Shown: positions 22,315 through 35,508, counted from the stretch's first letter. The stretch: DNA of 64,000 bases from Owenia fusiformis (GCA_903813345.2 CAIIXF020000001.1:9734001-9798000), one strand, 5' to 3'. Made by a program: numbers and translations. The notes: a model not told the origin generated them from the sequence alone.

Positions 22315-25203
22315 CTACCTCTGCCTGCGCTCTCCTTTAGCAGTTCTTTTCTTTTCATTCTCTTTTCTATCTAAAGCCTTTTGTTTCTGTTTTTCTCTAT
22401 CTAAGGCATCTTTCATTTTCTTAGTGTCATGTTCTAACTTCATTTTTTCCCGCATCGCTTTCTCAGCCTGATCCACTTTGGAAGCATTAATGTTCTTTGT
22501 TTCATCTTCATCAGATGTAAATATGGTTAAGGAGACAAACATTCTATATATGAGTCATTTATATATACATGGAGTAACATTCACAAGTGAATCACTAGAG
22601 ATATCTCTAGTGATCCTCTAGTCTTTCACTGGTTAATCACTATATTTCTCTAGATACCTCTACTTCACTAGTGACAGAGCTAGAGACACATATTTCACTA
22701 GTGAATGACTAGTGATTCTCTGGTTTTAGCTATGATTTCACTAGTGATTTCTGGTAGAGATAGAGACATTTTTGGTGAGAGTGAACAAGGCATTAACATG
22801 CAAAATGTCACTACCTGCCATTGGTTAGACACCGAACACAAAAAAGTTGGAGACTATAAAATATGTCACCACTTGTCATGGTGACATAATTATGATTATG
22901 AAAAAATTATGAGTTAGGCCTATAATAATAAAATTGTGATGATAACAATAAAAACTTTTTTGTAAAGGATATTCTTCTCCATCTGAGACAACTGAGTACT
23001 GTTGTAAAATTGCCTCTTTTCTCTGCCTCTCCTCCTCGGTGATTTCTCTCTTAGTTACAGTTGTCAAGTTCTGCTTCTCCATAATACTAGCAAGCTTCTC
23101 ATCAAGATTAGGCTTTTCCACAACTGAAATAGTTGATGAACTTTTTCTAATATGTTAATTGACATAAATTGTGGAGGGCCTACCCTGCTCGCAGAGTCTA
23201 GTTATAAACTACCCTCTGCCTTGTATAGACTATATTACAGTTTAGCAGCCCTGCCCCAAAGATTGGTGCCTGTGACAGCCCTGGTAATAAAGCATTTCAA
23301 ATCTACCACGCTGACCCTTTCTCAACCAATTAGTGAAGTGGAAAGAACATGTGCTATATACATGCATATTTATTTTGGGATGATGTCAGAGGAAATGACC
23401 ATATTATAAAGAAAGTCGTCCGTATTTCGACGACGAAGTCTGATTGGCTTGTCGAGATCAGAAATTTATTGTAAACTGAAAGAGTGAAGACGAAGCTCTC
23501 TTTTAGGAGGTTAAGTCAAACAAATGCAAAGGGTATGGAGGGCCAAATTCATGAACTTCATGTCTATGAACAAATTGTAAGTACATGTACTGTACTTACA
23601 ATTCCATGTACAACTGTGCATCATTTATGCAATTGTGTGATTTAATAATTATCTTAATTTTCCTGATTTTATCAATAATGGAGTAAAGATGGTTTTCTAC
23701 TTGTGAATACATATTTCGTAAAGTATGTGAAAGTTCAATGGTTGAGACACTAAAACAATTGTACAATCGCAGGGCTAACCAATTGGCTCTGCTCGACATT
23801 TAATTTCTTCATCACAGTAAAACTGGTAAATATATTATAAGTTGATCTTGATTTAACATACAGAAGTATGTGAAAATGTTACCTTCTATTGAAGCCTGGT
23901 GTTCTTTCCACTTTACGATAATTTCTTCACACAGCTGAGTCACATTCTCTGGCTGGAAAAATACCAACATTATTACAAATATAGCTTGACATATATTAGC
24001 ATGTTCTGCCAATCATAGCATAGTGGAGACACGTATGCTTAATTAATCGCCCTGTGTGGGAATGGAATCTATCCATTAGTCTGAATTCAAAGTCTGATGC
24101 ACTACCAACTGAGCTATAATGTCTTTAGCCACTGCAGCTGTACTGTAGTAGCAACTTCTTATCAAGGGTTACTACACTAGGTTTGTTTCAAATAGCCTCT
24201 AAGGGGGGAATATTTTTGGTGTACCCTACATATTACATAAACACTTTACGACAAGCCAATCAAATTGCTGGAGTTTTCAATATGACCAATAACAATCATC
24301 AGTGACATGCCTTTGACAATGCTGAACTAGGGTAGCCTCGTAATCAGGCCATTAAAAAATCAAAACTTTGTAGGTTTGTAATTGAAAAAAAAAAGATAAA
24401 TAAGTGTGAGAATGTTAAATTAAATGTGTAATTTATCAAATAATATTAATTAATAACTGCTGTGATTTGATTGGTCGACTGCAGAGACATCTTTCAAGAA
24501 AACAAGATGGCGATTGGATGTCAATTTGTTGTGACCATGGGTTGCTCGGTAAAAGCCAGCTGGACACAAACCCTAGATATTGTCAGCTATTAACAACCAG
24601 ATTGTTTCGTCCATAAGATATTTATATACGTAATTTGAGAATTTTAGAGTAAATCATTGGACATAAAGTGAGATTGAGCATTGAGCTGTTAGAGAGGAGA
24701 TTTGGATGTTTACGAGGTGAGCCTGTATTTTTTCACATTAGCGATACAGTGACTTGGGGGGGGGGGGGGGGGTGGTTAAATCTTCCTGTGCCTGTGGTTT
24801 GAAAAATAACATGTGACTCAATTGAGGAATGCAGCAAAATTCCGAACATGCACCCTGGCCTAAATCCACACTCACTGTATACTCTACCAAATGCATAGTG
24901 AGTGGGAGATGGACTCTTGTTCCTGTGTCTGTGATTGGGAAACCGTGATATCCCTAATCTTGAGTTATAAAAATAAAAATGATGATGATGGATGAATTCA
25001 GTGTCACTCAATTCATTCAATCATAAAAAATCTAGACTTACTGAAACTTCTTCAAGAAGACCAGACATGGAGTCTATTTTTTCTTCATCATCTTCCTCAC
25101 CATCGAGTACACCTGCTATGTATTGCACAAATACGTCAAGGTCTACATCTTCGTTTATAGCTTTCAATTTATTGCCCAACCAAACCTCAAATTCACCGGA
25201 CAT
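22315..25203 (-). CDS. CCDC43: Coiled-coil domain-containing protein 43-like, spliced
   Basis: Exons 25203-25042, 23952-23883, 23123-22973, 22516-22315 join in frame. N-terminal PWI-like FEVWLGNKL...YIAGVL, middle RKEAILQQYSVVSDGE, C-terminal EKKRTAKGERRQR. Confidence 0.88.
22517..22972 (-). other. U12-type (minor spliceosome) AT-AC intron
   Basis: On the minus strand: 5' site ATATCCTTT (22972-22964), branch site TCCTTAAC (22533-22526), 3' end TTTAC at 22517. Splicing restores the frame (GA|A). Confidence 0.92.
22786..22889. mobile_element. Helentron/HINE-like dispersed repeat (representative copy)
   Basis: AAGGCATTAACATGCAAAATGTCAC...AAAAGTTGGAGACTAT...ATGTCACCACTTGT..GGTGACATAA. Other copies near 20955-21075, 33915-34056, 50311-50448 and 59897-60075, and in opposite orientation near 14853-14972 and 19168-19305. 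Confidence 0.7.
23181..23535. mobile_element. Dispersed ~355-bp element with TACCCT...AGGGTA ends
   Basis: Flanked by TGGAGGGCC direct repeats. Full copy at 61852-62215; partial copies near 6059-6112, 53592-53645, 59334-59405 and 61641-61750; inverted partial copy near 63895-64000. Confidence 0.85.
24048..24123 (-). pseudogene. Degenerate tRNA-derived sequence (tRNA pseudogene or SINE head)
   Basis: Minus strand TAGCTCAGTTGGTAGTGCATCAGACTTTGAAT has an A-box/D-arm resembling tRNA-Lys; T-arm and acceptor stem are decayed. Confidence 0.55.
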
Positions 25204-26208
25204 TTTTACACACTTTGCGGCCGAACAACATTGACAGGAAGCTACAAAACTTGTAAATATAGTGCTGTCTAATTGAAGGTCTAAATCATATTTTTCTCTG
25301 TCTACTGCTGATCATGGTAATTTTTGTACTTATCTTTATTCAAGAAAACTCAATGTGTTGTTAATGTTCATTAGATTACAAAATAGAATAATATTTTTAT
25401 ATATCAATGCGCGCCAGGGTACATGATCATTTTCTTTCTTATTCTAATAAAACACAATCAAATGAAGTATTATAACACAAACTAATTTCCTTTTCCAAAT
25501 AAAGGTATAAATGTTACTTCTAGAATTAAAACTGCTTCTTATTAATGACATCTGACACTTTTGATCATAAACATTTACATTTTAAAAATATCAGAATGAA
25601 CGGTCCCCTAAAAACAAGTGCGCTAGGAAAACACTATTGCATTAGTATTTCTTTAAAACATTACTATTTAGTTTACATTTATTTAGCCACTCTTTATTTA
25701 TATCATACGTTACTTTTTATATGTAATATAATTATTGTTTAGTTAAAAGGTAAAAAATTTATTCACGGATTACAAATCTACTAAATATCTTATATTATTT
25801 ACCCAGCACTTGTCTTTTCTTGTCACCATAATAATCAAGATGGTGGACCAAAAAGAAGTAAACATAAAATTTTAACACTTTGTACGTATGTATTAATGAT
25901 GTTCCTGAAGTACGTATGCCTTTATTTGTAGGTTTTAAGTATTGTATGAGGGGTTTCATCTTTTTGTTGTTAGACTTTACTCAAATCAAGAGGATTCTGA
26001 AATTTTGGCTTCTTTTGACATTTTGATTTTCACTTTGAATTTCAGCCAATTTTCAAAAAATGTCAGAACTTTTTAAGTTCTATATAACCTATGGTCTAAT
26101 TCATTATTCATACAGTTTTTCTGATCGCTGAAGTCAGTGAACAATCACAAAACTGCTAAGCATAGATACAGTACCTAGGCTTTGGCATACAGTCTAGCCT
26201 TTGCCATA

Positions 26209-26533
26209 CAGGGTGACACTATAGACAATTAAAAGTACAATAAAATTATCCCATGTCAAAGCTGTCACTATGGTCCTGAGAACATCCAAAACTGTTGCCT
26301 ATATGATTACAACATGAGGGAGAAATCCACTCTCTCACACATAAAATACCTACCTCAATAAATTCCTGTGTATTTTATAAATATTCTATAATTTTTTTTC
26401 CCTAAATCTTGACATATATTATATATCAACCATCATGGGAATTATTTTTCAATTTGCATGGGCTTTTAAGCCCATATTGTTAGCGACTTACAATTTAAAA
26501 TTTCAGAAACAAACTGACTATCGTGTCACCCTG
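26209..26533. mobile_element. Tc1/mariner-like MITE
   Basis: TA|CAGGGTGACACTATAGACA...TGACTATCGTGTCACCCTG|TA. Confidence 0.75.
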
Positions 26534-26646
26534 TACAAGAAATTCATTATTCATTAACTGCCTATCAAAGTAATAGTATTTGAATTTTCCAGGTCACATG
26601 AATTGAGTTGGACAGTGGACTTACTGATCATGCAAACAATAGAGGC

Positions 26647-29600
26647 ATGAATCGTTCAGGCAGAGGGGAAGCTATTCCCCTCTTAGAGACGAGTGAAATG
26701 AGGGAGGAAAGGGAAATTGAGGAAGGTACACCCGCTGAGGACAAAATCATATTTGCTGAAAGTAAAAAACGGGGAACATCACTGATCTTCAACGATGCAA
26801 TTTTACTAGTTTTAGAGTACATTCAAATCTACGCATTGTTACATGCCATGTCTTTGAGATGGCCCTGGCCAGAGGGATGGATAAAATCAATGAATTTTAT
26901 TTTCTTCGTCAATGTGGACATATGGGAGTTCATGAAAGTACATACAAATGGAACTTATAAGAATGTACAAAGTCATTATACTGAAAGTGATACTGTTCCT
27001 GTGAACTATTGGTTTATTCTTTTAGCTTGGGGGATTGTCATGTTCCTTCTCATTGGCATTTTTGTCATAATCTATATCATCTTGCTGTGCAAGAGAAACC
27101 CTATGCTTCTCATCCACATATCCCGCATGCAGCGAGTCTATGTCATAATCTTCCAAGTCCTAGCGTTGCCATTTTGTATTGCATGTGCGAGAGTATTCCA
27201 CTGTAATGGAGATGGTTTCGTAGATGTTGACAACTCACTTCAATGTTTTGGAAGCACGCATTGGGCTTATATCAGTCCCGCACTTGCAGCATTTCTGGTA
27301 TACTTGATCGCATTTCCATATTGGCTAATCAAGAAAACAAATGCTGAAGTTCTAATGGATAACAGCGATTCCCATGAAGGATATCTCCAACTGAAAGAGA
27401 CTGAATATGTTCAAGGACTGGATAACACTTACGAAATCAATAATTTCCATATATTTTCTTCGTTTAAACGTAAAGGAGTACATATGCGAGCTGCAGTGCA
27501 TGTACTGAAGCTAGTCCAAGTTGTTTGGTATGCAGCCCTTTTTCAACATATCCTTGCCATGGCTGCACTGGTGAATGTCTTTCTAATAGCCATGCTACTG
27601 ACTTTCATCATTATGCGTCCGTTTAGGGTTGGCTGCTTCAACATCATCCTTGGTATCACATATCTTTGTCTGATGGCAAACAGTCTCCTGGGAACCATGT
27701 TGACATCATTTGATGCATTCAGTGTCAGGTCTCCTTGGTTGACACCCACCTATATGACATACATGCTGATTGCCATTAACGTTGTTTGGTTGATCTCTGT
27801 CATCGTGTTTATCATCTACCTGGTTGTACGCCACTTTGGGGGCTGCAGGAAGTATCTTCAACCATTATGGCCCTCCATCACAACACACGGGCTGAACAAA
27901 CTCACACCAGAGACTAGGAAGTTCATGAGAGCCATCTTGAAAGCCAAGCAAATAATGGGTAAATATATTCCCAGTGATATTATCCTTGAAACCATTTACA
28001 ATAAATGATTGAATAAAATTGCATTATGTATTTGGATCTGTAGTCTCTGCAATCTGTCAGGTCTATTTATTATGTTACTATCATTCAAAACAATGTTTCA
28101 GAGAGGGCAGTATTGGCTCCACCACTGTTTGCTCCTGCCCATGAGTTAGCACGTCAGATCCAAGTGATCAATGCATACACAAGAGAGGCTGAGATGTTAG
28201 ATGATCAAGTTCATACCACACTACTTGACACCCTTGATGAACTCATAGAGATTCACTCCCAAGTCTCTCCAAGATCACTCTTTGCTGGTAAGATATTGTT
28301 TACAAGTAAAGTCAGTTATAATGTACTTACTTATTCATTTTTTGATGAATCGATTTATTGAAATGTCGTTTTTCAGGTTATATACATGTCCAGTGTTTCC
28401 AGTGTATATACATGTAGATTAATTTGCTTTGCAGAGAGTGTTAAAGATTCGATAAGGGACACGGCTGAAGCTCTTATGGAGATCATGCCTATGTTTGTGA
28501 GACGTTTGGCACAGAGGGAGTATGACTTCATCTTAGTGAATCCTGTGAAAAGAAGATTGCTCCTAAAGATGTATTGTCTAGGTAATCTTTACAGTACTTT
28601 ACTTAGAAAATATTTAAGAGCTGTTTAAATAGTTTTAAAAGAAGGATGAAATCTCAAGAGTGTATTATAATATAATATAATATAATATAATATAATATGA
28701 TATGATATGATATAATATAATATAATATAATATACATGTATTGAATAAAGTTCATCACACTCAGGATTTGTCTCAACTTGGTATTGCTGTTGTCTGGTTA
28801 TAGCCTCCTAGAAACATTAGAAAAATTGCAAGTAAAGATTAATCAAAGTTAACAGATTAATATTAATGAACAAAGCATTTGAAATATACATGTATACTCA
28901 AGTCAATTATGTTTTTCACTTAGGTTTGTTCCTTAATGGTCGCTCAGAGAGAATCAAGAAGCAGAAGTTGATGAACACAGGAACTGCCCAGTTATGGCAC
29001 GAGAAAGAAGAGGACGAAAGTCCAGGTAGGACCTCAGTTCTTAAGGAGTTTGATTCCAGTCTGTTTCTAACTCTCTGGTGTTATATACACTATTTACTGT
29101 ATTCCATCTACATGTATATTGTTTAAAGTGTTTGGAAGATAATAGACTATTCATTAGGAGGGCTAACAGAGGTCAGAGGCTTAATGTGATACAATTTCAG
29201 ACCTCCAGGTCTACATTTTTTCACAAACATGATTCCATAATAATCATCCCATGTAGTAATTGAGTACATCAAAATATTCCTTAATCGAAGTAATCCAAGT
29301 TGTGTTTTTTAACTTTTATCATAAAAGTACAGTATGCTAGAAATATATTCAATTTAACACCATTATTACACTTAGTTCTATGGGAAACCATTTGAATTCT
29401 AGTTCATTATTTTACATGCATTACAGATGATGGCTACTTTGATGACCTCTGAATTTCAGTACATTTATTTTACATGCATTACAGATGATGGCTACTTTGA
29501 TGACCTCTGAATTTCAGTACATTTATTTTACGTGCATTACATATGATGGCTACTTTGATGACCTCTGAATTTCAGTACATTTATTTTACGTGCATTACAT

Positions 29601-31492
29601 ATGATGGCTACTTTGATGACCTCTGAATTTCAGTACATTTATTTTACATGCATTACAGATGATGGCTACTTTGATGATCTATACCCTGGTCATTTTAATA
29701 ATAGAAACCAGACCTATTCACCATCCCTGAACCTCACCGAGATGGACATGACTGAAATGGATGGCCCTAGGCTGACTGATAGCCAGGCTGTTGATATGTG
29801 GGACCAACCAGGCACATCACAAGATGTTGCAGAATTCTTAGCTGTAGATATGGACTCCAATCAGGCAGGTTCGAGTCTGTATAATGATACAGATTCATTA
29901 GCACTGTCTGAAATGATGCATGGAGTGCCGTCCCTATCACACCATAGTCACAGCACACCCAGTTCTGTCTCACAGTAAGTAACTTAAATAATAAATTTGT
30001 AAGACATGAAATTAAGACATTATATACTTCAAGAGTGTCGTAGATTCTCCTTCTAATCTGATTATTTCAGTAAATTCATGATCTTTGTTTTCATATGCTT
30101 TGTGTATACATTGTTTTTCTAGTCAAAGTTCCCAGCGCTCTGTAAGGCCAGGCTCCAGTGTATCCCGCCATAACCCTCGTCCTGCATCTGCCATGTCACT
30201 GACCCCCATTAGACCAGGCTCCCCTGCTAGACCAGGCTCTGGTGTCTCTAGGACCCTCAACATGGCACATGTTCCTCATAAACGTAAGCTCAATTCAATG
30301 ATTTCGATTTATCACATAATAATATTCAAATTCACATGAAAGACTATGACAGCTACTTTTGGGATCATTTAGGTCTGAGCAGCATCAAAACTGCATACCA
30401 GTATTTATTTGTCATGTTCAGAGGTTAGTTATTATTTCTAGTATCCCCTTGGCATCAGGGTTATACACTAAAATTATTAATATTATGTTATTGCAGAGAT
30501 TGAAGAGGCCAATGTGAATGAAGAAAAGAAACCTGTTAACAAAGATCCTGCAGTTGTGGAGGAGGTAATTATAAACCCATATTTCATATGATTTAACATT
30601 TATGAAATATTTGTTGATGTTTTGAATTAACTCACAACACCTGTCAATGGAGAACCTAAACTGCAGTTTACGTCATCACTTATGGTGGCTGAAGTAGAAT
30701 GAGTACCTAATCTGGAGCATATTCTTTTTAAAGTAGTTAGACTATTAATTTTGTTCATTATCCTGGCTTTATACATGATTAATAAGCCATGTGGCATCAG
30801 TAGACAGTGTAATTTATGTATTTCACATCAAAAAAAATTCAGCAGCAAAAAAGCACTGTTTGTTACTTTAACTTTGCTTTGTGTTTTGCACAAAATTGTC
30901 ACTCAATGTTTGTTTTGTTTGTTTTTGATCCTTCCGAGCAACATTCTGTGTTAAATATTTGCAGGTCTCTCCTAGCAATAAATCAAATGCTGAACCAGAT
31001 AAGAAAAGCAACAAACTGGAAGAAGTAAAAGATGAGGTTGCTGACAAGCCCAAAGTATCAGTAGATGAACCCAAGGTTGAAGAAACAAAAACTGAAAGTG
31101 AAGAGACTGAAGCAACACAGAAGAAACACAAGAAAAAGAAGAAGAAAAATTCCAGAGAAAAGGAGGAAAATGTTGATGGAAATGATAATGATAACCAAGA
31201 TAACATAGATGGAGAAACCCAAGATGACGTCAAAGAGCGAAAGCATAAAAAGAAGAAGAAAAAGTCGAAGGATAATGGTAATGAAGAGAATGAGTTGGGT
31301 GATGGTGATGGCATTGAACAGAGTGGAAAGAAGCATAAAAAGAAGAAAAAACATTCCAAAGAGAAAGAAATAAAACCAGAAAATGAAAGTGCAAATCAAG
31401 ATGGGAATGAAAATACTGTTGATGAAGCAAAGCCCAAAGGTGAAGATAATGGTGCTTTTGATGGAAAAGATGTTCCAACAACAGAGTTATAA
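26647..31492 (+). CDS. Uncharacterised multi-pass membrane protein with cytoplasmic helical domain and low-complexity Ser/Pro and Lys/Glu tail, spliced
   Basis: Coding exons 26647-27958 (acceptor AG at 26591-26592; in-frame TGA at 26599, so the first ATG at 26647 is taken as start), 28102-28287, 28435-28581, 28924-29025, 29659-29974, 30123-30283, 30497-30564, 30965-31492. All GT-AG and phase-consistent. About 7-8 hydrophobic segments in the first coding exon. Confidence 0.82.
28666..28733. repeat. (TATAA/TATGA)n microsatellite
   Basis: Pentamer array, visible directly. Confidence 0.95.
29405..29680 (+). repeat. 58-bp tandem repeat (5 copies) spanning an intron/exon boundary
   Basis: Unit ATTTATTTTACRTGCATTACAKATGATGGCTACTTTGATGACCTCTGAATTTCAGTAC; acceptor-equivalent positions 29426, 29484, 29542, 29600, 29658. 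Confidence 0.95.
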
Positions 31493-34400
31493 TACCCTAA
31501 ATCTTTTGAATGACCTTGGAATTTACAATACAGTAAAACATGTGAAGTGGAACACCTCCATAAGTGGAACACTTTTTAAAGTTGTGTTCCCTTTTAACTT
31601 ATTGTAAAATGAACATTATTATTATGTTATTATATTATTAATTTGAACACTATTTTGATATACCAAATGTATTTCACTTCCACAGGTTTTACTGTTTATA
31701 AGTGAAGAACACTCCATATAAATCTAGGAGGGTACTCATAATGTTAATTATTTTGTACAATTTTAGATAAATCTGAATCAGCATTGACTTTAACAAGTAG
31801 CCCCCTTCCGTCCAGTTTACGTATTGAGATATATTTTTTACATTTATTTTATGCACTGTATTTACAGATTGACCGTCCATTTTAACAACCATTTATACAT
31901 GTACACTTCTATATATGTTTCATATCAAAAATGTTTATAATATAAAGATGTAAAGTTAAAGAAAACCATTGTTTTAAATAGAATTGTATTATTTTTTATT
32001 ACCAAGCAGCCACTGAGAGTAGCAGGGATACTTTTTTTCACTGACCCCCATGGGGGTAGAGAAATGAAATCAGAGGTATTTTAAAGTCAGTCACATATAA
32101 TCTTGCTATTTTTCTGATTTGTGCTTTGAAAATTCAAAATGGCTTCCCAAACATTGAATTGGTAGTACTTCATTGATGTATGCCATGTGCAAATTAAAGG
32201 TTTTTAACAGTAGATTGTATAGGCTATATTATACTGTGACCTATTTCAGATTCATGAAAAATTTGTTGTTTTGGACCTGCTACTCTATGGAGTTGCCGTT
32301 TTCTAGTTAAATTATGGCTGGACCATATTTATTAATAATAATTAAACCATAGCTTTAGTAGATATTTTAATCACTACATGTATTTATATGATTTTTAGAA
32401 TCAAAAATTTAATAAATAACATTCGCAATGTAGAACAATTTTGTGATATTGTTATGTTTGAAAAGAAGTTGGGTTTGTGAGTAAAATTAATTTTGCAAAT
32501 GTGGTCTTGAAATGTCGATCTATTGGAATATGTACACCAAGGGAAGCAAACTGCAAATTATGACAATTATATTGTTGATTGTTGGATGCATCGCCTCAAA
32601 TGCTTTAAATTAAAGAGATATCATGGCGTGGCCAGACATAAGGAGGCTAAGCAAATGCCTCACAAAAATTTTACATAAATACATTTTGTCAAACATTTTT
32701 TCCAACCAAAACTGGAAAGGTTCAGATGCACATGTAGCTCTGCATCTCCTCTAGCCTAAATGCCTCACCTTTCAATTTTGGCCTCACTTGTTTATATTTG
32801 CCTCACTTAAATTTGCCTCCCATATTAAAATCTCCTTCGCCTTTCAATTTTTGCCTCGCCTATTTTAGATCCTGGATATGTTCCAAAGGCAATTTATCTA
32901 TTTGGTTATGTTTTCACAGGGATATCCACTAGACTGAAAACATTACATCTACATTGCAAAGTAATGATGTAATTTCATTTGTAAATCAATGAGTAGGGCT
33001 AGAAATAGTCGAGTGACTTCCTGTTAACAGTGAATTGGATTGATTGAATATCCTGGCCTTCGTAATGTTGGCTTGTGATGAACAGGTTTCATACAGGCAT
33101 ATCAAGTTACTGTCTAGATCTACACGGTCGAAGCATATGTTTTCGTTCACAAAACACTATATTATTTCACTGTGATGTTAAATTATTATTTTTTGGTAAT
33201 AAGACGGAATCCATCAACTACTGAATGAATGAAGTTTTAAGCCCAATGATTTAGGTTGTGATGACATATCTATTTTGTTATAAGGGTGGTTTCCAAATGT
33301 CAATATCATTATTAAATGTCAGCTTCGTACAGAATTGGAATATAAATTTTAGTTATAAATGTCGTTTACACTGGGGACACCCACAATATGGATGGATTCC
33401 CATTAGCAGATATCTTCACTCTTGCTTTTAAACTGATTAAACGGGGATCAGAATCAAAATTAGGTGGTCAAACAAAATATAGTGAAAAAACACCAAAGAC
33501 GTTCCAGCTTAAGTTCATCTTTAATGTATAATGAGGGGTCTTGTGTAGTCCTGTGAAATTCTGTGATATCTAAACATTTAAGTGAAAACTTCATCACCGA
33601 TATTGGGTAGAAAGGACAGACCTTGCACTAAATGCCAATGGAAAATATGGCACCATTCCATGGGCTCACATGACCAGTAAAAATATTCTGAAGAATTTTA
33701 TATTTTGATGACAGCAAAGCAGATTTTTCCAAGAATAGGATCAAGGATCAATGGTGTAAATAAATTAAAAGTATGGACCCCATACAATAGATATGAGCAT
33801 TAGTTTAGACGAAAGGGCTTTTTTCATATATACAAGAATTGTTGACGGATGGACAGGAAGACAGACCAAAAGGTGAATGGGCAAATCCGAAGTCTCACAA
33901 GGTGAGCCAACAAAAAGAAAAATGTCAGCACCTGTCATTTGTTACAGACAGTAAACACCAAACACTGTGACAGATGCCAAACACCAACCACCAAACAATG
34001 GCCACAAAAAAGTTGGAGACTAACAATATTTCACCACTTCTGATGGCGACATAAAAACTGCCTCATATGAATAAAATCAAACAAAACAAATTGAGTTCAG
34101 CTACACGTGTTCATATATTACCTAATATGAATATTCTACATCCATATATTAAAGATATACATCATTATTTTTATTAATCATTTATTTAATTTTATTGCAC
34201 TGCTTCTCAACTTAAACAATACATAGTTGCCTTTAAAGTACAAGTTAAACAACACAGACAAACAGTAGATCTAGCATGTAAAACAAGCGAAATCGAGAAT
34301 TACAGAACAACTTATACAGTAGGCTTACAATAACATGCGATTCGTGAATAAATTAAAATGAAATGAAAAAAAAAACCATTTCAAAATGCTGGTATAAAGT

Positions 34401-35310
34401 TTCAATAATAATATGCTGATCTTTGATTTTTTACACTCAATACAAAATTGCTATCAAAGCTGAGGTAATGGTTAAATAAAAGTTGTTCTCTAACTGGATT
34501 TCGAAAGATTGAGTATATTCGCATGGGACTAACATTTGAAACACAACATTGCCAGTCTAGGCATAAATGTCAGTTCTATCATTGAAGAGAAACACATGAA
34601 CATGGTAATGAGAATTTACAATGACTAAAGAGTTCAAACAAGTGAATTCACAATATGATCAACGATTTACAAAATGAACAATCTTTTACATATTTTAACG
34701 AATAATGTCATCATATTTGACATTTGACTTTTATGAAGAAGCAGAGAAAGCAAATAAATAATAATTTTTATACATTTATTGATATTTAATTAAAATGTAT
34801 TTATAAGACTTTTTCCTGATTGTTCTCCATTTGAGACAAGATGCCTTTGTTAAATTGTGTTAAAGCATTTGAGTCCCGGGATTTGAGTTCAAGATCTTGG
34901 CTGAGATTCAAAATTTTGCATCACATTTCATTTCTTGTTTAAAGCAATCAGTATGTGCATATCAATATAAGTCCGAAAAGATGCTCTTAAAATACAAACC
35001 GAAAAGTCATGTACCAATACATGGTGTCTAGGAAGCCCCATTGTTAAAGTCAATTGACAAGGATTTCTAGACACCCTATATGATGTTAGAATAAATGTAG
35101 CCACAAAAGTGAAATCAACTATACATTATTTTTTCATTACCATATCAATTCTCTCATTTTCTACAAACCAAACAAATTAACTTGGTGGCAGCCAGGTTGA
35201 ATATTTCAAATTATAATATCAGATATTTGTGTTGCAATAAAGCAAATACTGTAGAAATCTTTTCTAAAATCCTAGTTCATTCTATACAACACATAGGATT
35301 GATAAACTCC

Positions 35311-35508
35311 ACTGTACTGTATTGTACTGCACTGTACTGTACTGTATCGTACTGTATCATACTGCACTGTACTGTACTATACTGAACTGTACTGTACTGT
35401 ATTGTACTGTATCATACTGCACTGTACTGTACTGTACTGTACTGTACTATACTGAACTGTACTGTATCGTACTGTACTGTACTGTACCATACCCTACCGT
35501 ACTGTACA
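35311..35508. repeat. (ACTGT)n microsatellite
   Basis: Imperfect pentamer array, visible directly. Confidence 0.95.

Noticed and set aside
24048-24123. Functional tRNA gene
   Set aside because: No GTTCRA T-loop and poor acceptor-stem pairing; treated as a relic.
29405-29680. CRISPR array
   Set aside because: Head-to-tail 58-bp units with no unique spacers.
30868-31481. Hydrophobic minus-strand ORFs (163, 113, 83 aa)
   Set aside because: Antisense shadows of the Lys/Glu-rich last exon.
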